DNA from: Rhynchopus sp. YZ270_cl-10
Taxonomy: Eukaryota
DNA length: 64,000 nucleotides
Assembly: GCA_964035575.1 (NCBI GenBank)
Contig: OZ037843.1
Coordinates: 558,001 to 622,000, forward strand
Reading direction: 5' to 3'
Every line of letters begins with the position of its first letter. Position 1 is the stretch's first letter. Below, piece after piece: positions 44,201-56,673 of the stretch. The position numbers were made by a program, and so were the translations under genes. The notes below the pieces were generated by a model that did no database searches, had not been told where the DNA came from, and worked only from the letters and a program-made list of their open reading frames with translations.

Positions 44201-47200
44201 CGACGGTGGCGTAAGAGCAGAAGAAGACGCTGTGTTTCCATGCAGGGCAGTGGTCATGGTAGTATTACCGTGAGTAATATCCTGCGTACTGCTTCCTTGT
44301 GTCTGCTCACTGCTCGAACCCTCCCTGGCAACAGTATTTCCCATCTGTATCTCAGCCCTCTCCTTCCTCTCATTTGGCCCATTTGCATTATCAACCTCAC
44401 CCTTTCCACTCTTCAACGCAAGCAAAGCGGAGGTCGCCAATGCACCAGAAAGCTCCATAATATCCTGCGAACACGGCGCCGCTGGGTTGACAAAGGTAAA
44501 TGCAGGGTGCGATCCAAATTGAATAGTACAACGGGGGTTCAATTCGTACGGAACTCCAGGTGGAAGAAGAACACCGTTTACATACACCTTACCTATGGGG
44601 AGCAACGTCGGGGTGGGAACGGCGAGGTCCTTTGTGTTGTTGTCGAAGGCAGACCCTTGCGAGGTCGCGCTATCATTCCGCTGTAATCCGGCACGCTCAT
44701 AGCTGAACAGTGCATGCGGAGGGAGGTCCTCCTCATCACTGTCACCAAGCCCTGCCATCCTCACGATGCTGCCGAACATCTCTCTGCTAGCTGCAGATTC
44801 CATTGAAAAATCTGGCACATCAAATACTGTCCCTTCCTTTGGACCATCAGGGTCAGAGATCACATAATGATTCCAAAGACGCCGTAGGGTTTGCTCTGTG
44901 GCATTGCCGTCACTCTCGCGGAAATATTTTTCTGCGCGAGGAGAGTTCTCCCCTCGAGGGGAGTTTTCCCCTCCCTGCAAATCCGCGAGGGTGACGCCAA
45001 GCGTTGAGGACATCCTCCCCCTTCTTACGGCGAAGGAAGAGCTGTGCGGGAATGGCTCTTCTTCTTCGGGGTCGACTTCGGGGTGGTCTGCGTGGGGTGT
45101 GTCATCTTCTCCGTCGCTGGAGGCTTCTTTCCCAAAGTCGAGAGACGTTTCTAATTTGTTGTCTCTTTCGATTTTGCGATTCGCCTTCTCTAAGGCCCCG
45201 ATGACACTGCTGTCACGGCGACGCATGGTACCAAGAGAAGAGCTTCTTCTCCGATCACCAAGAGAGCATTTCGTGGAGTCCTTCCTCCGGAGAGGCCGTG
45301 TGGCTGGAGGGGGTGTGGTCTTGTGCTCTTCGGTGTCCTTCTCGCGGTCGACCGTCCAATCCCTGCCTAATTCGTGAATAGGATCGCGAGAAAAGTTTGG
45401 CTGTTCGTCCCCCGCGATTTCGCGAAGTTGTTCACACACTGCAGTATCTTTGAAGGCAGAGGCGAAGGTGGCCTGCATAAAGGAAGGCCGCCGTGCTGGG
45501 GGTTTCTCCTCCTTCTTCTCCTTAATTTTTGTCTTCCCAAAGGTCACCGATGACCTTCTTCTGGGGTTCGGAACCTTGGTGAATGCTTGCTCCAATGCCA
45601 TTCCGGCGGTTTCTCTTGCGCGGAGTGCTGTGTATGTTGCAGGTCCACCTGCCACCACGCTGTATCCTTCTTTGACGAAAAAGAGAAGTGGTTCGTCCTC
45701 CTTAGGGCTATGTTGAATGAGAAAAGGGTATCCAGCCCAAACGGAGAGAGGCGTCAGAGCGCTGAGGATCTTTGAAAAGAAATCGGCTTTGGTAAGCTGC
45801 CTGAGGAGTTGCGGTGGGGTGGTCGCAGGCTGCATGGTGGGGCCTTGAGCGTTCAGCTGTTCCGTGAGTTTGCGAATTTGGTGGCGAAGCTCTTTTATAA
45901 TCTTCCGGTTCGATCCACGACGGTTGACGGAGGGTGCATTCTTAATCAGCTTCACTCTTTCCGCATAACGCAATGTCGTTAAGGTTTCTTCATAGTTATA
46001 CCTGCACGGTGATAACGTAGCGAGCATCACGGTTCTACTGTTCCCTCCTAAGTTATCTTTCAACAACCATGTCAATGTAGAGTCACGGTAGGGCACATGC
46101 CGTCCTTCGCTGTGAACAGATGGGTCGTTCAGATCCGCAAGCTTTTTGATAACCATCCCAAGAGAGGTCAGACTTTTGTTGATATTAATCCCTTCTTTGA
46201 GCACTTCGCCTCCGGTACCAGCCTTGTTGGTCCGTTCAGATCCTGCTAAATCAACGAGGTTGACCCGAGAAACAAATTCTGTTGCATCCCCTCCGTTGCT
46301 CTTATCCCATTCTGATTTGGAGATCGTCAAACAGAAGACTGCATGCGAGCGGGAGGACCGATCGTTCATACGGGTCTTCGAAGTGTGTCGCTCGCGGTTG
46401 CCCATCTTCAGAAGCTCTGCAATGTGACGGTAGTGCGATACTTCAACCGAGGTGAGGTTCTCTACGTATGGCCCGGCGCGTGGGTCTTCACGTGGCTTGA
46501 GGCTTGCGTTGGTGGAGGGGTCGAGGAGACAGTAGACCTTCTCGTTGTAGATCTCGTAGAAGGACATTTCGATGCGGTAGGACGCAAATTCGTTCTGTTT
46601 GTCTTCGCAGTGGATACGGTCGAAGAGGTCCTGACAGATGCGGGGGATTAGACCTGTAGAGGGGGGTGGGAGTGTAGGAAAAGGCAAGGAGGAGGGGGAA
46701 AATGTGATTTAAAATGAGGAACAGAAAGCCTAATACAAATAATATCGCGATTGACTTTTTTTGGTTCTAGTTAGAGTCTCATTGGGGTATACTGTATTAT
46801 TACTGCGACTTTTGTTTCTTGCTCTATTGGGCAGAATAGCTATCATTTCCTCGGAACTCTTTGAGTTCCGGGTTGGCCGGGAACGCAGCTGTGCCGATTA
46901 ACCCCACCTTTTAACACAAATTCAACCATCTTCATCAGGATTTCTTTGTTTTTTGTTGCGGTGCTGTTTTCTGCCTTGCGTCCCCCTCATCGTTTTCACA
47001 CACTTCCCGCTCTCTTTCATTTTCGCCCTCACACTATATTATGTTCAGCAGAGTGCTTGGAGGAAATCGTACGGCCTCGGATTCCGATGCCAGCACCGAG
47101 GCCATGGAGGATGGAGCAGCGGGCTCGGTCCGCCTCACGGAGGTGACGGAGGGGGGCCGAGCTCCTGCGGCGCCTGAACGCCGAACCACACGAGCGCTAC

Positions 47201-48226
47201 GATTGGTGCTCCCCCCTACCGAGCTCCTCGCACGACTCGGTGCTGACGTCGCGGACAGCGGCCTGGTCCGGGCCAAACTGAAGTACGCCGTCCTTGCCGG
47301 CGTGGTGCAGGCCCTCGCCCGCCAGCTGGAGCTGAACGCGCGATCGAACAACCCGACTTGATTTCGGCTCTGTGCGCCCTCGCAGGCGGCCTCAGCAGAG
47401 CTGACCGCCCCTTTGTCGCGTCTGTGCTTGGTGCGTTTGGTGGCTACGGTGCAACGGGTGACCGGGGTGCTGGGTGCGAGGACATGCCTGGCTCGGCTCA
47501 GCCGCGAGCCCGAACGAGAGGGGTCTCCAGATCACGTGCAGCCGGCTGAGTCCCGCGATTTGGCTACGGTGTTGCATATTACGCCAGCAGAAGGAGGTGG
47601 CAAACCCGCACACTCGTAGAGGAGCTGGAGGAACTGGAGGAACTCAAAGCTGTCTGCTACGCCGTATGTGCGGGCTGAACATGGCACCGTTGCCTGCCTC
47701 CCCACTACCAGCGCGGTGGAAAGAGTTGTGCATCCTGCCGTGACCACACTGAGAGGCCAGAGGCTATTAGGGAGTGATACGGAATTCATAAAACCAATAC
47801 CCCATTTGTTTTTAAAAAAGAATGGGGGGGAGGGGAGGGCATACCTGTTGACGCTGTGATCGTGGAGTGGTCTGTGTTGCTTGGTGGTCCCATCATTGTG
47901 TAGGTTTTACCGGAGGCTGTCTGACCATATGCGAATACACATGCGTTGTAGCCCTTCATTGCATGGGACAGCTGGGGTGCGGCTAGGTCCTGGAAGACAC
48001 GCTCCTGAGAAGAGAACTTAGGGGAGTCCTTTGCACCGATGGACCAGTAGTTGTAGTCGAAGGTGAACTTCTTCTTCCCGCCGGCAGCGTGGTCCAGGAG
48101 GGTCGTGGTGTTTGCGTCCATCTGCAGTGTTAACGCCCCGCCACCAGAGACATCCTGCTCCTGTGCAGTGATGGGTCGTGTCCGCACTGCCACAACAACA
48201 TTCGTTGCGCCGAACGACGACGTCAT
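41215..48226 (-). CDS. Kinesin-3 (KIF1/Unc-104/KIF13-like) motor; 4 exons: 48226-47845, 46653-43353, 43038-42924, 42072-41215
   Basis: P-loop FAYGQTASGKTYTM, NDRSSRSHAVF, LVDLAGSER, HVPYRDSTLTWLLKDNLGGNSRT. Three GTATG..CAG introns each join in frame (TG|LIPR, DR|LLP, QIG|DKR), linking ORFs 47786-48277, 43292-46687, an unlisted 115-nt exon and 41215-42102. FHA-like and C-terminal PH-like segments are inferred. Confidence 0.9.
47050..47620 (+). mobile_element. GC-rich island inside kinesin intron 1; possible 3' fragment of a non-LTR retrotransposon
   Basis: Abrupt GC rise; antisense open frame ending ...RAKLKYAVLAGVVQALARQLELNARSNNPT*, loosely like the C-terminus of CRE/SLACS-type elements (inference only). 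Confidence 0.3.
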
Positions 48227-50702
48227 GATCGCCTGCAAGTGCTGTAGCTTGCCTTCCTCAGGCAAAGCTTCTCTCACTCAAACCCCAAGTTCTTTTAATA
48301 AGTCTGGAAGTGGAGTGGAAGGGGAGGGGAGGGGAGGGAGGGGGGGGGATGCTTTTGAATTCTTAAGATAAAAAAGAAGGTTTGTGAGATTGGCTTTTTT
48401 TAGGATATTTTGTTGTAATGGTGAATTATTTAGCATAAAAGTAACAAAGGGGGAGGGAAACAGTCTTTTTTATTAACGTCGATAACAATCTCGACGAGGA
48501 AAACGAACGGTCGTTGAAAAATCGGGGAGCAAGTATGTGTGTGTAGGGGATTGGTGGGGATACACTAGATGGAGAGAAAGGCGCGAAAGGGGTGTAATGA
48601 TACAAAAACACAAGGGTACAAGGGGGTTATGAGAGAGGGGTCACATAGGGTGAGGCAAACAAATGAGAGGGAGAACTGAACATACAATGTGTAAAGGTTA
48701 TGACACTGGCCCGTCGCAGAGCCTGAGGACGAGGCTTCTGCTTCCAGTGTGTTAGGGGGTGTCGCTACTCACCTGTCCGAGGACAGCTGTCCTTGTGAGT
48801 GCGTGTGGTGTACTGTACATGCGGTGGAGGGGATGGGAGGGGCGGGTGTGGGGTGTGGTGGGGGTTGAAACACTGCCCACACGGCGACCATGTACCTCAG
48901 TTACCCCAGGTAAACATCCTGAATAACATAATGTTTCCATTTTTCTTTCATTGCATTTCATGCAAAAAGCATGTCACTGAGCATGTTAGCATTCTTACCA
49001 TTTCATATACTTGCAACACACCGGGAAATTTCTGGGGCGTCTTCTCTCTTGTTATGTCACAAGAAAAAATAATCATGCTACTCAGGTCACATGGGCACAA
49101 TGCGTTTCATGATCGTATCTTCATAATTTCCATAACTTTCCTTACGCTTCGTGGGCGAGAAGATGACGTGACCCCATTCCTGGACCATGCCGTTCACCTC
49201 ACATCGCTCTTTTCCTTTTTGGGGTTTCTTTTACAGACGTCTTTAGACCTTCGCACTCAATTGGAGAATCAATACAACAGCATAATTCAGACAACAATAG
49301 AACGACGTTGTTTCGAGCTGTCTGCGCTTTCATGACTTATACTAATAATAGGACCACTTCCCATGCACTCCACAAACAATTAAATACTTTCTGATAGAAT
49401 ACGAACAGTAACTGACGTGTTACCTCAAGACTGCCTCACATCTGAAAATAAACAGAGTTGAAATGTGCTAAAACACATCTCAGTTGAAAACGAAACTAAA
49501 AACATATGCCCCGCTGTTGCAAATAGGCGCCTGAGAAACATACGGGAAGTGCTCAATACACAGGAACGACTCAATGTCGACCGAGCCTTTTTCGTTGTAC
49601 TACGGAAGGAACAGACGCAGATCGTGCTCAAGTTATTAAGAGGTGCTTTTATTTCTTCACAGATTTCACTATGTTGCTATTTCACGTGTGAAGGTGGTGT
49701 TGCAGGTCACAGAAAGGTTTCTGCCCTGTGAGGTACAGAAGGTAGAGAAGGTAGAGAAGAACCAGGGGGTGAGAGGAGGAAGGGAGAGTCGAAAAGGCAA
49801 GTAAATATGTTACATTAATCAGTCGCAGAGCCTTGGTGCGAGTGAGTTACACACGGCAAAAAAGGTGTTTGTGGTGGGGGTTGAGATGCTAAAGTAGAAA
49901 AATAATTCTGTTATTTGAAAACTTGGTTGTATTAGTGTAGACACCCGAGGATGAACTCCACTATTTGTTATTTTTTTCACGATACGAAGTCACCAAAAAT
50001 AAAAAACGCTGGAAGGAGGAAAAAAAAAGAAACGTAAAAACATAATCGTTTCTGCCCCTGCCCCTAGACTACAAAAAAACCTACATGGGGGTCTCCTCAA
50101 TAGCTGTAGGTAAAAAGAAAAAGGAAACAAGCGTAAAACGATGATAAATATAAGCTGGTGTCTTCGAGCGTTACTGAAGTACATCTCCAGTGCGGAACGC
50201 ACTAAATTGTTTTAATGTTTTTTTCATCTTTTCTGGTTGCATAATTTTTCCATTAAGATACGTCGCACAGCTGACCAGGCATGTGAACCGTAGCTTATTG
50301 AGGTACGTGCGTCAAACACACCGAGTGAGTTACACACGGTAAAAAAGGTGTTTGTGGTGGGGGTTGAGATGCTAAAGTAGAAATAAAATTCTGTTATTTT
50401 TTCAGGCACGATGTCACCAAAATCGCTGGGGGTGGGGTGGGGTGGGGTGGGGGGTTGGATCACTAATCATCACACAGACACTATCCTTCCACTACGTGCG
50501 CTCCTGGATCTCCGGTTGTAGCATAAGCCTTGTGGAGCACATCACACCATTACAATATCGTCACATCATCTGTCTCATGCACTTTCACTTTACTTACTCA
50601 TTTTACCCTTGCTTTTTCTTGACCACGAGTTTTTGATAATATTATGAATAATGCGACCCTTCGCTTCGTCTGCTGTTCCCGCTCTCATCCTCCTCCGTCC
50701 TC

Positions 50703-51174
50703 TCACAGTCCTTTGCCTTCATCTTTGCGTTGTGCCTTTTCCATGCTCTCCATCTCCCCCGCAAGCCGCTTACTCTTCTCTGCCAGCTTCGTGTTGTGCT
50801 CGCTTCACTGCCTCACTGTCTCCCTCATCTCAGCAAATGCCGCTCTGAGCTCTGCCATGCCGCCTTGTTGCGGCTGCTCTGACACCAGTGCCGTCTGCTG
50901 TGTCGGCCCCAGCACCCCCTTCTGTGCCTCCAACATCTCCTTCTGTTGTTCCACAACACTCTTCACAATTTCCTGCAGTGCTTTCACTTCCTCCTTTACG
51001 GCATTCCCCTGCTCCAGCGCTGCTTCCAGTGCAGTGTTGCCCAACGTATCTGTCTGCTTCACTTCCACTTCCAGCAACTTCACAAGATAGCGCACAGTCT
51101 CAGTGTGTCTATTATCTTCTGCAATTGTCAAACACGTTCTACCTTTGTGGTTTGTGGCACGCACATCCGCACCT
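50703..51174 (-). pseudogene. 3' fragment of an ankyrin-repeat gene (paralogue of 53624-55720) with an in-frame TGA
   Basis: GADVRATN..GRTCLTIAE..HTETVRYL...EVKQTDTLGNTALEAALEQG; TGA at 50805-50807, after which the frame continues to RKDEGKGL* at 50703. Confidence 0.8.
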
Positions 51175-51616
51175 ACTTGTACGCGACAACAGGGACCCAT
51201 AATAACAGCACCACAGGCTGCATCCCCAGCGCTTGCTGCTGAAGCAAGAGCTGCTGCTGCAGTGCCTGGTGTGCTCGCATGTTCGCCATCTGCAGGGTGG
51301 CCGGGGGGGCAGTGGGAAGCACAGTAATAGGCTGGATAGCAACAGGAGGCTCAGGGCGCATCTGCCCCTGTTTCGTCTTCCTCCTTTGTTTGTGCAAGAA
51401 GGCCTCCTCCTTCACCTTGCTCTTGTAGGCGTGGATGTGCAACAGCGTGCATGTAGGGTCTGTGCAGTTGCCCTTCGGGAATTTACTACACTTCTCGCAT
51501 GCCTCGAGAACGACGTTACGCTTGCAAGAACACACACGGCAACGGAGATGCGTCCTGCTGCCCTTCACCCTCAAGTTGTCCCAGTCGTTGTGCGTGCAGC
51601 TCGTACCTTCGCACAT
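51173..51616 (-). CDS. Cys/His zinc-finger protein (C.HN.WDN.R...LRCR.C...C..F..G.C....C..LH.H type) with Gln-rich tail
   Basis: 147-aa ORF, CTHNDWDNLRVK...LRCRVC...CSKFPKGNCTDPTCTLLHIH; its stop codon overlaps the ankyrin fragment. Confidence 0.75.
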   Translation of the reverse strand: MCEGTSCTHNDWDNLRVKGSRTHLRCRVCSCKRNVVLEACEKCSKFPKGNCTDPTCTLLHIHAYKSKVKEEAFLHKQRRKTKQGQMRPEPPVAIQPITVLPTAPPATLQMANMRAHQALQQQLLLQQQALGMQPVVLLLWVPVVAYK

Positions 51617-53623
51617 TATGAAACAAAAACGAGCTAAAGAAGGAGAAGAAGAAGGAGGAAGGAGGAGTATGTGCAGTATGTGCGTGCGTGCAGAAGGGAG
51701 GAGAGAGAAGCGAGTAATGAGGAAGGAGCGAGGGGGGACAAGTATCCCTGTTCGGTGGTGATTTTTATTGTTTGGAGGAAGTGGGGATGGGGGGAGAGAA
51801 ATATTATTTGAGTGACAAAAATATGTTAATGCACAGCAAACCTGTCAATCCTTCTTATTTAGTTTTACTCCACTGATGGAGAGAGAGCCCCTCGGGCCAG
51901 CGTATGTCGACAGCAATATGGGGTAGTACGAGAGGAAGCTTGATTGACTACCCAAAATCCTACACACGAGAGGTTTAGCCACATCACTGGCACCAGTCTG
52001 AGCATCTCAGTGTCTATCGGTGAATTACTTAGCATAAAAGTAACAAAGGGGGAGGGAAACAGTCTTTTTCATTAACGTCAATAACAATCTCGACGAGGAA
52101 AACGAACGGTCGTTGAAAAATCGGGGAGCAAGTATGGGTGTGTTGGGGATTAAACAGCTTTTCGTGTGTATTTTCAACAAAACTTGTTCAAAACTCAATG
52201 TCGTCTGAAGCCAATGTACTGCAGAAGGTATAGTCACAGTACGCATATCACATCGTTGCCCAAGGGTAAGTGAAAACAACAAGAAAACCTTCTTTGAGAA
52301 AAACAAGGTCTGCACTGGTCGCTCGAAAACTTACAAGAGTACGTCTTTCTTGGCATCCGCACACGGTGGGACCCAGAGGCCAAATGACATGACAAGTGAA
52401 TATCATGGGTGGGACACTCACACAAGGGTATGGGGAGAAAGATCTTGCTAAAAAAATAACAAAGAATCTTGACGATTTCCTGTAGAATCAACTTATCATT
52501 TCACTTGCCATTTGCCCCTGCATACCACCGTGCACAATAACGCTTTTAATCAACATTTCATAAGATTTCACTAATTTCAATTCAGACGTGAAAGTGGCTG
52601 CACGATTACAACAGAAAGCCCTGCCCTGTGAGGCAAACAAATGAGAGGGAGAACTGAACATACAATGTGTAAAGGTTATGACACTGGCCCGTCGCAGAGC
52701 CTGAGGACGAGGCTTCTGCTTCCAGTGTGTTAGGGGGGGTCGAAAAGGCAAGTAAATATGTTACATTAATCAGTCGCAGAGCCTTGGTGTGACTCCTGCT
52801 TCTGTTTCAGCTGGCTCGCAAGGGAGGTGTCGCCACTCACCTGTCCGAGGACTGCTGCCCATTTAAGAGGTGTGCGTGCAAAGCATTCATGCGGTGTAGG
52901 GGAGGAAGTATTAATAAGGGGTGGGGCGGGTTGATGAAAACAGCTTGATTTAACACAAAAATGGTTGGTTCTCTGTGTATTTCTTTGGCCTTCCATTTAT
53001 GGTATATCTGACGGAAAAAAGCATTTTTGTTTGGTGTTAGCTGCAAAAGATAAGGACAAGCAAGATTCCTTTTTCCATTGCTGACAATACCAGACTTACT
53101 ATCTTCTGTCTCTTTTGGACAACGCTACTTTGTGAAAACAAGAAAAACAGGGAGGGGGGAAATGTTAATTTCCTGGTCTCAGAAGTCTGCTCCTTTACTA
53201 GGATTCAGTCCTGTGACCGCTCATCAGAAGGAACCAGGGCTATTGTGGGATATGGGGTTGGGAAACAAAAGGGGTGGGCACAAACTCAATGCGTCAACTA
53301 AATTAAGAGGTGTGCGTGCAAAGCATTCATGCGGTGTAGGGAGGGAGTATTAACAAGGGGTGGGGTGGGGTGGGGTGTTGGATCACTAATCATCACACAG
53401 ACACTATCCTTCCACTACGTGCGCTCCTGGATCTCCAGTTGTAGCATAAGTCTTGTGGAACACATCACACCATTACAATATCGTCACATCGTCTGTCTCA
53501 TGCACTTTCAGTTTACTTACTCATTTTACCCTTGCTTTTTCTTGACCACGAGTTTTTGATAATATTATGAATAATACAACCCTTCGCTTCGTCTGCTGTT
53601 CGCGCTCTCCTCCTCCTCCGTGC

Positions 53624-55720
53624 TCACAGTCCTTTGCCTTCATCTTTGCGGCTGCTCCGAGACCGGCGACGCTGTGTCGGCCCCAGCACCCCCTTCTGTG
53701 CCTCCAACATCTCCTTCTGTTGTTCCACAACACTCTTCACAATTTCCTGCAGTGCTTTCACTTCCTCCTTTAAGGCATTCCCCTGCTCCAGCGCTGCTTC
53801 CAGTGCAGTGTTGCCCAACGTATCTGTCTGCTTTACTTCCACTTCCAGCAACTTCGCAAGATAGCGCACAGTCTCAGCGTGTCCATTAGCTTCTGCAATT
53901 GTCAGGCACGTGTCACCTTCGTTGTCTGTGGCACACACTTCCGCACCTGCTTCGATCAACATCTTCACAATTGCGAGCTTCCCGTTCTTGCAAGCCACGT
54001 GCAGAGGCGAACTTCCCACGTCGTCCTCTGCCTCGACATCTGCCCCTGCATCAATGAGGACCTGAACCACATCGACATGTCCTTTGTCCACCGCACTGTA
54101 CAACGCAGTGCTGTCTTCATCATCTGCGTGATTCACATCCACATCCTTCAAGCCCGCAAGATAGCGCACAGTCTCAGTGTGTCCATTAGCAGATGCAAGG
54201 ATAAGACACGTGGTACGTTCGTTGTCTGTGACACGCACTTCCGCACCTGCTTCGACCAACATCTTCACAATTGCAGTATTGCCTTTCTTGCAAGCCAATT
54301 GCAGAAGAGACCCACTGTCATCCTTGCCCTCGACATCTGCCCCTGCATCAATGAGCACTTCCACCACCTCTGCATGCTTTTGATGTACTGCGCAGAACAA
54401 TGCAGTGTGCTTGTCCATTCCTTTGTGATTGACTTCCACCTCCGGCAAGCCCGCAAGATAGCGCACAGTCTTGGTGTGTCCAAAATAGGCAGCAAGCGAG
54501 AGACACGTGTCTCCATCTTTGGCTGTGGCACGCACTTCTGCACCTGATCGGACTAACATCTTCACCATGTCGAGCTTGCCTAAAGTACTAGCCACCAGCA
54601 GAGGCGTACGGTTCTTCCTCTTCTCGTCCTTTGTCTCCATGTCTGCTCCTGCATCAATGAGCACCTGTACCACATCGAGGTGTCCTTCCAGCAGTGCAAT
54701 GTACAGCGCAGTGTGGTTGTCTATTCCTTTGTGATTGACTTCCACATCCTTCAAGCCCGCAAGATAGCGCACAATCTCGGTATGTCCACAACGGGCAGCA
54801 AGGGTAAGACACATGTCTGTATCGCCGTCTGTGGCACGCATGTTCGCACCTGATCGCACCAACGTCTCCACCATGTCGAGCTTGACTAAAGCACTAGCCA
54901 CGAGCAGAGGCGTACGCTTGTTCCTCTTCTCGACCTTTGTCTCCATATCTGCTCCTGCATCAATGAGCACCTGCACCACATCGCGGTGTCCTTCCAGCAG
55001 TGCACGGGAGAACGCACACTGCAACGCAGTGTTGTTTTCATCATCTGCGTGATTCACGTCCACATCCTTCAAGCTCACCAGATAGCGCACAGTCTCGGTG
55101 TGTCCAAGAGCAGACGCAAGGATAAGACACGTGGTACCATCGTTGTCTGAGACACACACGTCCGCACCTGCTGCGACCAACATCTTCACACTCACCACAT
55201 CACCACAAAGGCTCGCACACTCCAGAGGCGAATGTCCCCCTCTGCCCTTTGCCTTGACATCTGCCCCTACATCAATGAGCACCTCCACCACATCTGGGTG
55301 TCCTCCGGCCACCGCACTAAGCAACGCAGTGTAGTTGTCTCCTCGGTTTATATCCAAATTTGTGTAGTTCACGTCCACATCCTTCAACCCCACAAGATAG
55401 CGCACCGTATCGGCGTTTCCGAAATATGCCGCAAGGATAAGACACGTGTTACCTTCGTTGTCTGTGGCACACACATCCGCACCTGCTTCGACCAACATCT
55501 GCACCTTTGCAAGATTCCCAGTCGCAAGCCAAGTGCAGAGGTGAACGACCCGAGGTGTTCCTTGCCTCGATGTCTGCCCCTGCATCAATGAGCGTCTCCA
55601 CCACATCCGGACAACCTTTCTTTGCTTCCCAGTGCAACGCAGTCATCCCGTTCTCATCTGCGTGCTTCACGTCCACCTCAGGCAAACCCGCAAGATTGCG
55701 CACAGCCTCGGTGCGTACAT
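53624..55720 (-). pseudogene. Ankyrin-repeat gene with a frameshift near 55518 and no clear start (pseudogene or sequencing error)
   Basis: ORF 55449-56060 carries ...GRSPLHLACDW and ORF 53624-55606 continues GNLAKVQMLVEAGAD; about 20 ankyrin repeats and a C-terminal coiled coil. Confidence 0.8.
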
Positions 55721-56673
55721 GATGTGCTGCAGGCACTTCACTCGGCACATGTGTGGTGTTCCAGCGTCGACCGAACTGAATCATCCTTCTGTCGCGCAAA
55801 CATCTCACAGAAAAACCCTTCAACATAACAAGACCTCTTTTGGATATAGACGCAGAAGAGAAAGGGTGGGGATGTGTAATCAGCTGCCTATTAAGGTGTG
55901 TGGTGGGTCGTGTATGGTGCGTGGGGATATCTGATTGAGCATGGAGAGAAAGGTGTCTGTCAACACACATTTCTGTGGCCTGTGAAACACACTCTTGGGG
56001 TGTCAGAACCATGCATGAGTCACACAGGGTCGTGCAAACATGCCCTTTTCGCAGTGCCACTCAACCCACGTTATTACTCCCGGCAAAGAGGTTTTACCCT
56101 ACTGATGGAGAGAGAGCCCCTCGGGCCAGCGTATGTCGACAGCAATATGGGGTAGTACGAGAGGAAGTTAGATTGACTACCCAAAATCACACACAAGAGA
56201 GGTTTAGCCACATCACTGGCACCAGTCTGAGCATCTCAGTGTCTATCGGTGAATTACTTAGCATAAAAGTAACAAATGGGGAGGGAAACAGTCTTTTTTA
56301 TTAACGTCAATAACAATCTCGACGAGGGAAACGAACGGTCGTTGAAAAATCGGGGAGCAAGTATGTGTGTGTGTTGGGGATTCGTGGGGATAGATTAGAT
56401 GAGGGGTTCAAGGGGGTTATGAGGGAGGGGTCACATAGGGTGAGGTAGAGATGACAAGGGGTACAGGGTTATTTATTCTGTACACTTCACGCAGGGCTTC
56501 AAACAGCTGTTCGTGTTTATTTTTAACAAAACTCGGTCAAAACTCAATGTACTGCAGAAGGTATAGCCACAGTACGCATATCACATCGTGGCCCAAGGGT
56601 AAGTGAAAACAACAAGAAAACATTCTTTGAGAAAAACAATGTCTGCACTGGTCGCTCGAATACTTACAAGAGT

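Noticed and set aside
34854..47844. Non-canonical introns
   Set aside because: All four introns I could define are canonical GT-AG.
48900..49731. Coding region (ORFs 48799-49335, 49465-49731)
   Set aside because: No recognisable motif, non-ATG starts, short frames; cannot support a call.
50805..50807. UGA reassignment or selenocysteine readthrough
   Set aside because: TGA terminates intact genes here (carrier, LRR, ankyrin), and this copy is a 5'-truncated fragment, so a nonsense mutation is simpler.
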